A stretch of DNA of 64,000 bases, taken from positions 76,599 through 140,598 of the forward strand of contig JADKFV010000054.1 of the NCBI GenBank assembly GCA_016717325.1, given 5' to 3'. Source of the DNA: Bacteroidota bacterium. GTDB lineage: Bacteria > Bacteroidota > Bacteroidia > AKYH767-A > OLB10. The notes under the pieces are model-generated. The model worked only from the letters and a program-made list of their open reading frames with translations, was not told the origin of the DNA and did no database searches. Below, in pieces: positions 41,666-50,640 of this stretch (its first letter is position 1; every line of letters starts with the position of its first letter). Both the position numbers and the translations under genes were made by a program.

Positions 41666-42172
41666 TCATATTTTTTTAGGTACTTCTTTTTTAAGAAAAT
41701 ACGCTGCAACAGCAGAAATTATTAAACCCCCTGCAAGCACATTTACAGTAAGTTGAAAAATGTACGATGTTAAATTGTAATTACCCCTTGCATGCTTCTC
41801 GGCAATGGCTACATCCCGGTTTGCTTCTTTTGCCTGGGTGATTGTTTTTTGAATCATGAATTCGAAATAGGCAGGGTTGATAATAACATTATAAAGCAAT
41901 TGCCCAACAATGGCAATAATAAGTGAAACTGCAGAAATGAAAACGCCTATTCGAACGAGTTGTGTGTAATTGGCATATCCATTCAATTCTAAATTACGCA
42001 CCGATTTCATTCCCAAAGGCAAACACACAATAGGAATAATGGCGGCAAACATCGATACCAGTGGATGATATTTAACTAATGGGCCATGAAGGCCGATAAT
42101 GTATTCGCCAATTAGCCATATCACACTTAGTACACCCGTGGCTATTCCCCATCGTTTTATTTGCGTGCTCAT
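41666..42172 (-). CDS. Small membrane protein (DUF4199-like, 4 TM)
   Basis: 168 aa with four hydrophobic helices. Its architecture resembles the Bacteroidetes DUF4199 family. Confidence 0.5.
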   Translation of the reverse strand: MSTQIKRWGIATGVLSVIWLIGEYIIGLHGPLVKYHPLVSMFAAIIPIVCLPLGMKSVRNLELNGYANYTQLVRIGVFISAVSLIIAIVGQLLYNVIINPAYFEFMIQKTITQAKEANRDVAIAEKHARGNYNLTSYIFQLTVNVLAGGLIISAVAAYFLKKEVPKKI

Positions 42173-42499
42173 ATTTATTGATTGGATTTTTGTTTTTTCC
42201 TATGGCCAAAAGTAACGCAAATAAAACAAATTCAAACTTTGCAGTTGAAAATACTAATCTCAAAATAATCAATAAAATCAGCAACTTTGACTCCATTGTA
42301 TTTCACCAAATTGGTGATTTTATATATCGGGATTAACCCAACTAATGCAGATAGTTCCGCTCGTTCTTCATACTGCATAAGTTGCATTTAACAGTTAATA
42401 TACTTAAATCTGCACAGTTTTGATTTATTTCGAAAAAAAGCACTACATTTAAGCAACTCAAAAAGGAAAACGTACGTCTAATACATACATTGATAAAAA

Positions 42500-43045
42500 A
42501 TGACCGATGCAGAACTGGTAAAACAGTGTATTAAAGGCAATGCCGAAGCACACGAAACACTATATAAAAGGTTTGCCGGCAAAATGATGACAGTATGCTT
42601 AAGGTACGCATCGAGCCAGGAAGAAGGAGAGGATTTTTTGCAGGAGGGTTTTATCAAAGTATTTGAAAAATTGGGTTCTTTTAAATTTGAAGGTGCGCTC
42701 GAAGGGTGGATCAGGCGGGTAATTGTAAACAACTTACTCGATATGGTACGTAAAAATATGCGTATCCCTCATCACGATTCTATAGATGATATAGCAAATC
42801 ACCCTCCGGCACAAATGTCCACAAGCGATAATATTCAGACACAGGACTTATTGAATATGATAATGAAATTGCCAAAAGGATATCGCACCGTTTTCAATCT
42901 TTATGTGATGGAAGGATTTTCACACAAAGAAATTGCCGCTGAACTTGGCATTAACGAAAACACCTCAAAGTCGCAACTATCACGTGCGCGCGACCAACTT
43001 CAAACAATGGTAAACAATGCTTCGAAACTGGCATCAGTAAAATAA
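42500..43045 (+). CDS. ECF-type RNA polymerase sigma-70 factor
   Basis: 181 aa. The sigma-70 region 2 (FLQEGFIKVFEKL) and region 4 HTH (YRTVFNLYVMEGFSHKEIAAELGINENTSKSQLSRAR) are present. Confidence 0.9.
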   Translation: MTDAELVKQCIKGNAEAHETLYKRFAGKMMTVCLRYASSQEEGEDFLQEGFIKVFEKLGSFKFEGALEGWIRRVIVNNLLDMVRKNMRIPHHDSIDDIANHPPAQMSTSDNIQTQDLLNMIMKLPKGYRTVFNLYVMEGFSHKEIAAELGINENTSKSQLSRARDQLQTMVNNASKLASVK

Positions 43046-43049
43046 AAAA

Positions 43050-43982
43050 ATGACCGAACAACATAACATAGATAGCTTATTCAAATCGCATCTCGATGCG
43101 TTTGAAAGCCCTGTTAATCCGCAAGTGTGGAGTACAGTGCAAGCTGCTATGCCACAAACTGTTGTTACTGCTGCAACCACTTCGGCTACAGTATTCACTG
43201 CAAAATCTTTAATAATAGCCGCTTCGCTTATAGTTGCTGCTAGCAGTACCTATTTTTATTTTAATGATAATACCAGTGAAAATAAAAATGTTGTTGCAAA
43301 AACAGAAGAGATTGCAAAACAAGATGTACCAACCCAAACCGAAGAACCGGCAAAAAATGAAATAACCGTTACGCAAAACGAAAATACAGAAAAGGCATCA
43401 TCGGGCAAGGGTAATGCTTCTGCAATCGAGCCAATCGAAGAAAAAATTGAAAAACATACTTCAGTAGATAATTCTATCAAACCGGAAAAAGAAATAAAGC
43501 CTGGTGTGGTTGATGGTGGTGCAAAAAATTCTAATAATCCACCTGTGGAAAACAAGCCTGTAGTAGAACCGAATGTTGCTTCAAAGAGCAATCCACCAAC
43601 ACAACAAACTGAATCTCCAAAACCAACTGATACCAAACAACCCGAAAAAGATGCGGTTGAGCCAATAATTTTAAAACAAAAATGGGATACCGAAGAGTTG
43701 GCATCTAACATAAAAATCAATACAGATATTATTACCCCTGATGGTGATAATATGAATGACGAGTTTACGGTTGAAGTATTAAATGCAAAAATTTGCAATG
43801 TTATAATTTATGATCGCAACGGTAAAGCGGTAATGCAATACAATACACAAACTGCAAGTTGGAACGGCAAATTAAAAAATGGAAATGACGCTGCCGATGG
43901 TACGTATTTTTACTTTATTTTTGGCGAAAGTTTCGATGGCCGCCCATTCGATAAAAAAGGAAACCTCACTATAAAAAAATAA
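43050..43982 (+). CDS. Single-pass membrane protein with a short cytoplasmic N-terminus, a Pro/Glu/Lys-rich linker and a C-terminal T9SS type-B (CHU_C / gliding-motility-associated) sorting domain; positioned like an anti-sigma factor
   Basis: Its start is 4 bp after the sigma stop. It has a ~35-aa N-terminus, then the TM segment LIIAASLIVAASSTYFYF. The C-terminus ITPDGDNMNDEFTV...IYDRNGKAVMQY...DGTYFYFIFGESFDGRPFDKKGNLTIKK matches the type-B CTD consensus (TPNGDGxND...YNRWGxxV...GTYYY). Confidence 0.7.
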   Translation: MTEQHNIDSLFKSHLDAFESPVNPQVWSTVQAAMPQTVVTAATTSATVFTAKSLIIAASLIVAASSTYFYFNDNTSENKNVVAKTEEIAKQDVPTQTEEPAKNEITVTQNENTEKASSGKGNASAIEPIEEKIEKHTSVDNSIKPEKEIKPGVVDGGAKNSNNPPVENKPVVEPNVASKSNPPTQQTESPKPTDTKQPEKDAVEPIILKQKWDTEELASNIKINTDIITPDGDNMNDEFTVEVLNAKICNVIIYDRNGKAVMQYNTQTASWNGKLKNGNDAADGTYFYFIFGESFDGRPFDKKGNLTIKK

Positions 43983-44010
43983 AATTTAATAAACTGATAT
44001 AATTAAAACT

Positions 44011-46749
44011 ATGAAGAATTTATTTTCTCGATTGCTAATGGTAATGGCGTTATTTGTAATAACCCACACCGCATCTGCCTCGCATATTGCAGGTATGGAC
44101 TTAACCTACAAATACATTAGTCCTAATGTATATGAGGTTACACTTAAATTTTACCGCGATTGTTTTGGTATCCCCATGTCGGGGTCGTCAAGTGTATGTT
44201 ATGGTTCAAACTCTTTGGGCATAACAAACTATGTAAACTTGCCAGCAGTTGATACCAATTTGGTTACACCTATTTGTGTAGGACAATTAACCACGTGCCA
44301 GGGTGGTAGCGCTTATGGCGTGGAAGAACACGTTTACAGAGGTCAGGTAACTTTGCCACAGGCCGCTACCGATTGGGTGTTCTCGTTCAGCACGTGCTGC
44401 CGCAATGCCGCTATCACCACTTTGCAAAATGCCCAAAGCGAAGGTATTTGGGTAGGTGCTACACTCGATAATGTTAACTTCCCTACCAACAGTTCCCCAT
44501 CATTTACATCGTTACCGGTAACACAATTTTGTATCAATAGCTTAAATTATTTTCCACAATATGCCTCGGATATTGATGGCGATTCGCTGTATTTTTCTTT
44601 GGTAGACCCTTGGAGCGATGCCGGTTCATCGTGTACCACACCTGGTTCGGCTGTATTATTTAATGCTCCGTTCTCTGGTATTAATCCTTTGACTACCACT
44701 AATGGAACCACTCTGGATCCTTATACTGGTCTTATTACATTAACACCTACTATGTTCGAAATTGGTGTAATGGCACTTGACTTAAAAGAATATGATAGCT
44801 TGGGAACATTGAAAAGCACCATTAGACGCGATATTCAGGTATCGGTAGTGCAATGTAATTTTGCTCAATTTCAAACTACTATAGTGAATGGTGTTCCCAA
44901 AGCTTATGCTGCAAATTGCGGTGACTCATGTGTAGTATTACAACTAACTGATAGTATACAATGCAGTACTGTGGCTCCCAACGGTTCCGACTTTAGAGCT
45001 GTGCGACCAAACGGGCAACCAAATCCAATTTATAGTGCTGCACCGCTTAATTGCGTAAATGGACTTACTACACAAATACAAATTTGTTTTTACAAACCGC
45101 TTACGCAAGGCACATCAAAATTCTGGCTCAAAACAGGCAGTGATTTAAATACATTATTACCATCATGCGGTAATGCATTGCCTGAGTACGATACCATCAA
45201 TATTGTAGTGTTTGATCCATCCATAATGGCTTTACCTGTTATCGATACAGTTCATTCGTGCGCATTTACAACTTATACTATCACCATGCCTGAGTTAATT
45301 ACTTGTGCATCTATTGCTGCAAATGGTTCCGATTTTATTTTGAAAGATGCTACCGGAACTCCTTACCCGGTTACATCGGCAAGTGGTGTTAACTGCTCAT
45401 TCCAAAATGAATTTACAAATCAAATTACAATTACCTTAAATGCACCGGCACAAGGAACTCCGCCATATTACCTTATTGCTACCAATGGAAATGATGGTAA
45501 TACTATTACCAATGAATGTGATAAACCGATAGATCAAAATGACACTATAGCCATTCTATATACAACAAATACAGTAACTGTAAGTTTAGGTACAGACACC
45601 ACCCTATGTCAAAATGATCCCGCTCCGGTTTTGGATGCTACATTAACACAAGCAACTTATACGTGGTACTTGAATGGTGCACCTGTTGGAGGCAATACTC
45701 AAACGTTAACCGCAAACCAATCGGGCACTTATATTTGCCAGGTATCTTACGGCCCTAATTGCTTTGGTTCCGATACAGTTGTAGTAAATTATGTGCTTGC
45801 CCCTATAGTCGCACTCGGCAATGATATAGCAGTTTGTAATGCTGCTCCATTCCCAACTTTAGATGCCGGTAATCTCGGATCAACTTACGCGTGGACAGAT
45901 ATTAATGGTAATCCATTGGCAACTACACAAACCTATACACCAACTGCAGCAGGTACGTATATTGTTACCGTTAGCGGAGGCTCTTGCTCTTCGAGCGATA
46001 CCATTAATGTAACTGTGAGCAATGCAACTCCTTTCACCCTGGGTAACGATGATGTTATTTGCGAAACAGCATCCACAACAATAACGTCAAGTGTAGCAGG
46101 CACCTCTTATGTTTGGTTTAAAGATGGAACAAACCTCAACACAAATGCGCAAACAATTACAGTAAGTACAGCAGGAACATATGTATGCGAATTGACAAAT
46201 ACAGACGGTTGCAAATCGACCGATACAGTGATTGTTACTACAGAAGCCGTTCCGGCAAAACCTCAAGTGTTTTGCGGTGTTGCCACCGGAACAGGATTTA
46301 GCATTGTATATACATGGGCACCTATTGCCGGTGCTACCGGTTATGCAGTAAGTGTAAATGGAGCACCATTTGTTCCAAACAACTTATTGCCGGTAAGCCA
46401 CGGTTTAAATAGTTCACCTGCTTCGTTTATTGTACATGCCTTAGGCACAGAGTGCGAGTTTGGACCAAACAGCGATCCTGCTTTCTGCGATATCAGTATT
46501 CCAAATATTGTAACACCAAATAATGATGGTAAGAACGATGCATTTGTAATATTAAATCTTGAGCAGTTTTCTAATGCCAGAATGAAAATATACAATCGTT
46601 GGGGTAATTTGATTTACGAAAATGCCAACTACAAAAACGATTTCAACTTCCAGGATCAGCCGGATGGAGTTTACTATTACGTGTTAACTATTTCGGAAGT
46701 GAGTAAAGACTACACTGGAAATGTAACCGTATATAAAGAGAAGAAATAA
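44011..46749 (+). CDS. Large secreted adhesin-like protein with Ig-like repeats and T9SS type-B CTD
   Basis: 912 aa with a signal peptide. Repeats of the form TYTWYLNGAPVGGNTQTLTANQSGTYICQVS. The C-terminus IVTPNNDGKNDAFVILNLEQFSNARMKIYNRWGNLIYE...DGVYYYVL is a type-B CTD. Confidence 0.8.
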   Translation: MKNLFSRLLMVMALFVITHTASASHIAGMDLTYKYISPNVYEVTLKFYRDCFGIPMSGSSSVCYGSNSLGITNYVNLPAVDTNLVTPICVGQLTTCQGGSAYGVEEHVYRGQVTLPQAATDWVFSFSTCCRNAAITTLQNAQSEGIWVGATLDNVNFPTNSSPSFTSLPVTQFCINSLNYFPQYASDIDGDSLYFSLVDPWSDAGSSCTTPGSAVLFNAPFSGINPLTTTNGTTLDPYTGLITLTPTMFEIGVMALDLKEYDSLGTLKSTIRRDIQVSVVQCNFAQFQTTIVNGVPKAYAANCGDSCVVLQLTDSIQCSTVAPNGSDFRAVRPNGQPNPIYSAAPLNCVNGLTTQIQICFYKPLTQGTSKFWLKTGSDLNTLLPSCGNALPEYDTINIVVFDPSIMALPVIDTVHSCAFTTYTITMPELITCASIAANGSDFILKDATGTPYPVTSASGVNCSFQNEFTNQITITLNAPAQGTPPYYLIATNGNDGNTITNECDKPIDQNDTIAILYTTNTVTVSLGTDTTLCQNDPAPVLDATLTQATYTWYLNGAPVGGNTQTLTANQSGTYICQVSYGPNCFGSDTVVVNYVLAPIVALGNDIAVCNAAPFPTLDAGNLGSTYAWTDINGNPLATTQTYTPTAAGTYIVTVSGGSCSSSDTINVTVSNATPFTLGNDDVICETASTTITSSVAGTSYVWFKDGTNLNTNAQTITVSTAGTYVCELTNTDGCKSTDTVIVTTEAVPAKPQVFCGVATGTGFSIVYTWAPIAGATGYAVSVNGAPFVPNNLLPVSHGLNSSPASFIVHALGTECEFGPNSDPAFCDISIPNIVTPNNDGKNDAFVILNLEQFSNARMKIYNRWGNLIYENANYKNDFNFQDQPDGVYYYVLTISEVSKDYTGNVTVYKEKK

Positions 46750-46786
46750 ACCTCGCTCCGGCATTATTATAATTGCTGATTAATAA

Positions 46787-46823
46787 AACGCTTGCAGATA
46801 TAAACTGCAAGCGTTTTTTTTTG
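46787..46823 (+). terminator. Rho-independent terminator of the adhesin gene
   Basis: AAACGCTTGCAG-atataaa-CTGCAAGCGTTT followed by TTTTTT. Confidence 0.7.
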
Positions 46824-46877
46824 ATAGATGCCTTATTACCTTTGCACCCTCAATACTGTAAAGAAGCAAACATCATT

Positions 46878-47831
46878 ATGAAAGTTATAGATCATATTAA
46901 ACAATCGAAAAAGACATTATTTTCAATTGAAATATTACCACCATTAAAAGGAAAAGGGATACAATCCATATTCGACACTATAGATCCCTTAATGGAATTT
47001 AAACCGCCATTTATTGATGTGACATATCATCGCGAAGAGTATGTTTATAAAAAACGTGATGGTGGCTATTTGGAAAAAGTATCCATTCGTAAGCGGCCCG
47101 GAACAGTAAGTATTTGCTCGGCCATAAAAAGTAAATACAATACCGAAGCAGTGCCACATTTAATTTGTGGTGGCTTTACCAAAGAAGAAACCGAGAATGC
47201 ATTAATAGAATTAAATTTTTTAGGAATAGATAATGTGCTTGCCTTACGTGGCGATGCCATTAAAACTGAAAATGCATTTATACCAACACCAGGTGGTCAT
47301 CAATTTGCACTCGATTTGGTAAAACAAATTAGCGGCCTCAACAATGGCCATTACCTCGATGAGGATTTATTGGGCCATGCAAATACAGACTTTTGCATTG
47401 GCATTGCCGGCTATCCCGAAAAGCATTTCGAAGCACCAAATCCTCAAACAGATTTAATGCATTTGAAACAAAAAGTAGAAGCCGGAGCGCACTATATTGT
47501 AACACAAATGTTTTTCGACAATACAAAGTTTGTTGCTTTTACCGAAGCTTGCCGCAAAATGAATATCGATATCCCAATCATTCCGGGATTAAAAATTCTT
47601 ACATCGAAAAAACAATTAATCAACCTGGCAAAGACTTTTCATATTGATATTCCCGAAGACCTCACACAGGCAGTTATGAATTGCAAAAATGATGAAGATG
47701 TTAAGCAAGTAGGAATCGAATGGTGTATAAATCAGTCGAAAGAATTGATAAAAGAAAATGTTCCTTGCCTGCACTATTATACAATGGGCAACCCCGATAT
47801 CACTCTAAAGGTTGCACGCGAAGTTTTTTAA
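46878..47831 (+). CDS. metF: 5,10-methylenetetrahydrofolate reductase
   Basis: 318 aa from MKVIDHIKQSKKTLFSIEILPP. The FAD-binding TIM-barrel MTHFR signature is present. The ORF-track start at 46773 would run through the terminator, so 46878 is preferred. Confidence 0.9.
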   Translation: MKVIDHIKQSKKTLFSIEILPPLKGKGIQSIFDTIDPLMEFKPPFIDVTYHREEYVYKKRDGGYLEKVSIRKRPGTVSICSAIKSKYNTEAVPHLICGGFTKEETENALIELNFLGIDNVLALRGDAIKTENAFIPTPGGHQFALDLVKQISGLNNGHYLDEDLLGHANTDFCIGIAGYPEKHFEAPNPQTDLMHLKQKVEAGAHYIVTQMFFDNTKFVAFTEACRKMNIDIPIIPGLKILTSKKQLINLAKTFHIDIPEDLTQAVMNCKNDEDVKQVGIEWCINQSKELIKENVPCLHYYTMGNPDITLKVAREVF

Positions 47832-48069
47832 AGCGTTGTTATTTACGTTCGCTTTTTTGAGAAAATATTTATTATTCTTTACGGCTTAATTTTTATTTTG
47901 GAAAAAACCCTTCTTGATAATGGAACTTATTTTGTTGAATAAAGTGTCCCATTATGTTAACGCGATAATGTTTGTTTCTGAGAATTACTTTCCCTTGTAG
48001 ACACCAAAATTTTTCACAAGAATGATACAAAAGTTTTTTATTACTTTCGCTTATTCAAAGATAAATATA

Positions 48070-49553
48070 ATGGCAAAAAAGAACAGCTCCGCAGGATTGA
48101 ATTTAGCATTTGATAATGGATGGCAATATGCAGCGGCCCCCGAAAGTGCCGACCATATTAAGCTAAAAGAAAAGTACGATCTCTTTATCGATGGAAAATT
48201 TGTTGCTCCAACCGAAGGCAAATATTTTGCAACCATAAATCCGGCAACAGAACAAAAAATAGCGATGGTAGCCGAAGCATCACAAAAGGATGTGGACAAA
48301 GCGGTGATAGCTGCAAACGATGCACATATTAATGTGTGGAGCAAGATGCCTGCTAAAGAACGTGGCAAATATATTTATCGCATTGCCAGAATGATACACA
48401 AGAACGCGGCCGCGAATTGGCAATTATAGAAAGTATGGATGGTGGAAAAGCCATTCGCGAATCGCGCGATGTTGATGTGCCCTTAGCTGCTGCTCACTTT
48501 TTTTACTATGCCGGCTGGGCCGATAAATTACAATATGCTTTTGCCGGACGCAATCCCAAATCGCTTGGTGTTGCAGGACAAATTATTCCATGGAATTTTC
48601 CTTTGCTTATGGCGGCTTGGAAAATAGCACCTGCCCTTGCTTGTGGTAATACTGTTGTTTTAAAACCTGCCGAAACCACTTCGCTTACAGCAATGAAACT
48701 TGCCGAAATTATTCAGGATTGCGATTTGCCACCGGGCGTGGTAAATATTATTTCGGGTGCCGGTGCTACAGGTGCTGCTATTGTAAATCATCCGGGAATA
48801 AATAAAATAGCGTTTACCGGTTGGACCGATGTAGGCAAAATAATTCAAAGGGCACTGGCAGGCACCGACAAAAAATATACGCTTGAACTTGGCGGCAAAG
48901 CAGCAAATATTGTATTCGAAGATGCTGCAATTGATCAGGCAGTTGAAGGAATTGTAAACGGAATATTTTTTAATCAGGGACATGTATGTTGTGCCGGGTC
49001 GCGATTATTTGTACAGGAAAATATTAAAGACACTTTACTAAAAAAATTGAAAGACCGCATGGACACCTTAATTGTTGGCGATCCACTGGATAAGAATACA
49101 GATATAGGTGCTATCAACTCTAAGGAGCAATTAAAAAAAATACAGAATTACATTAAAATTGGCACTAACGAAGGTGGCAATTGCTATCAATCGAATTGTG
49201 TGTTACCAACAAAAGGTTTCTGGTGTAAGCCAACTTTATTTATGGATGTAGCACAGTCGAGCAGAATAGTGCAGGAAGAAATATTTGGCCCTGTGCTTGC
49301 CGTACAAACATTTCGCACTGCCGAAGAAGCAATCGAAAAAGCAAATAACACTCCCTTCGGATTAAGCAGTGGCGTGTGGACCGATAAAGGGTCGAAAATA
49401 TTTAAAGTAACATCAAAAATTCGTGCGGGTGTTGTGTGGGCAAACACCTACAACAAATTCGATCCTACATCACCATTTGGTGGTTACAAAGAAAGTGGTG
49501 TTGGCCGCGAAGGCGGTATGCATGGTTTAGATGCATATTTAAAATTCAATTAA
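48070..49553 (+). pseudogene. NAD(P)-dependent aldehyde dehydrogenase, frameshifted in this sequence at an ACACA tract near 48391..48400 (ORF-track pieces 48022..48429 and 48417..49553)
   Basis: Frame 1 gives ...YRIARMIHKNAAANWQL*. Frame 0 gives TQERGRELAIIESMDGGKAIRE, which is the expected continuation. Downstream ALDH motifs are intact (ELGGKAANIVF, FFNQGHVCCAGSR, EEIFGPVL). Removing CA from ATACACAAG restores one ~494-aa protein. Confidence 0.8.
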
Positions 49554-49582
49554 TTTTTTTAAATCATTTTAGTTTTATAAAA

Positions 49583-50521
49583 ATGGCAGTAGCAACAAAA
49601 AAAATAGTAAAGAAAATATTGGCAACTAATGGTGAAGCAAAATTGAATGGGTCATCAACAATAGGAAATCGTATTCCGGTTGTAAAAACATACAAGTTAT
49701 ACATCGATGGTAAGTTTGTGCGCAGCGAATCGGGGCGATATATGCAGACCAATAACAAAGAAAATTTTGGCGCAAACATTTGTCGTGCTTCACGCAAAGA
49801 CATTCGCGATGCTGTAGTAGTTGCACGCAAGGCGCAAAGCGACTGGAGTAAAAAAACTGCTTACAATAAAGGACAGATTTTGTATCGCATTGGCGAAATG
49901 CTTGAAGGACGCAGAGCACAACTCATACACACCATGATGCTCGATGGTGCAACAGAAACTCAATCAACAAACGAAATAAATAATGCTGTTGATTGCTTTA
50001 TATACTTTGCCGGATGGAGCGATAAATATATTCAAATGTTTAGCAGTGTAAATCCTGTTGAGAGTGCTCATTTCAATTTCTCTTATCCCGAACCTACAGG
50101 AGTTGTTACAGCTATTTGCCCCGATGAATCGCCATTGTTTGCACTTGCAAATATTATTGCTCCGGTGATTGTTGGCGGCAATACAATAGTGGTATTGTCA
50201 TCGCAACAATATTCGCGCACTGCATGCGAACTTGCCGAAGTATTGCATTCATCGGATGTGAGTGGCGGTGTAGTAAATATTTTGAATGGCAGCAAAAAAG
50301 AATTGATAAGTCATCTCGCATCGCACAAGGATGTAAACGCCATGATCTATGCCGGTACCACGGGTGATGAAAATAAAATTATAGAAACCAATTGTGCAAT
50401 AAATGTTAAGCGTGCAATAAAATTATCGGCCACAGAAAGTAATTCAAATGCAGGCCTACACCCATACCGAATTATGAGCACCCAGGAAATAAAAACTACC
50501 TGGCATCCAGTTGGTTTATAA
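49583..50521 (+). CDS. Truncated aldehyde-dehydrogenase-family paralog (N-terminal/NAD-binding region only; no catalytic Cys region)
   Basis: 312 aa from MAVATKKIVKK. YKLYIDGKFVRSESGRY and FAGWSDKYIQMF parallel the upstream ALDH (FIDGKFVAPTEGKY, YAGWADKLQYAF). The ORF ends before the region that carries the catalytic Cys. Confidence 0.55.
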   Translation: MAVATKKIVKKILATNGEAKLNGSSTIGNRIPVVKTYKLYIDGKFVRSESGRYMQTNNKENFGANICRASRKDIRDAVVVARKAQSDWSKKTAYNKGQILYRIGEMLEGRRAQLIHTMMLDGATETQSTNEINNAVDCFIYFAGWSDKYIQMFSSVNPVESAHFNFSYPEPTGVVTAICPDESPLFALANIIAPVIVGGNTIVVLSSQQYSRTACELAEVLHSSDVSGGVVNILNGSKKELISHLASHKDVNAMIYAGTTGDENKIIETNCAINVKRAIKLSATESNSNAGLHPYRIMSTQEIKTTWHPVGL

Positions 50522-50640
50522 TTTTTGTTCTTAGGTACGTATATGGTTGGGGTTATGCCATTCCATTTTTTGAAAAAACAAAACGTTTAAATAATCCTAA
50601 ATTAGAATTTAATTTAGAAAATATTTTTGGGATATTTTTT

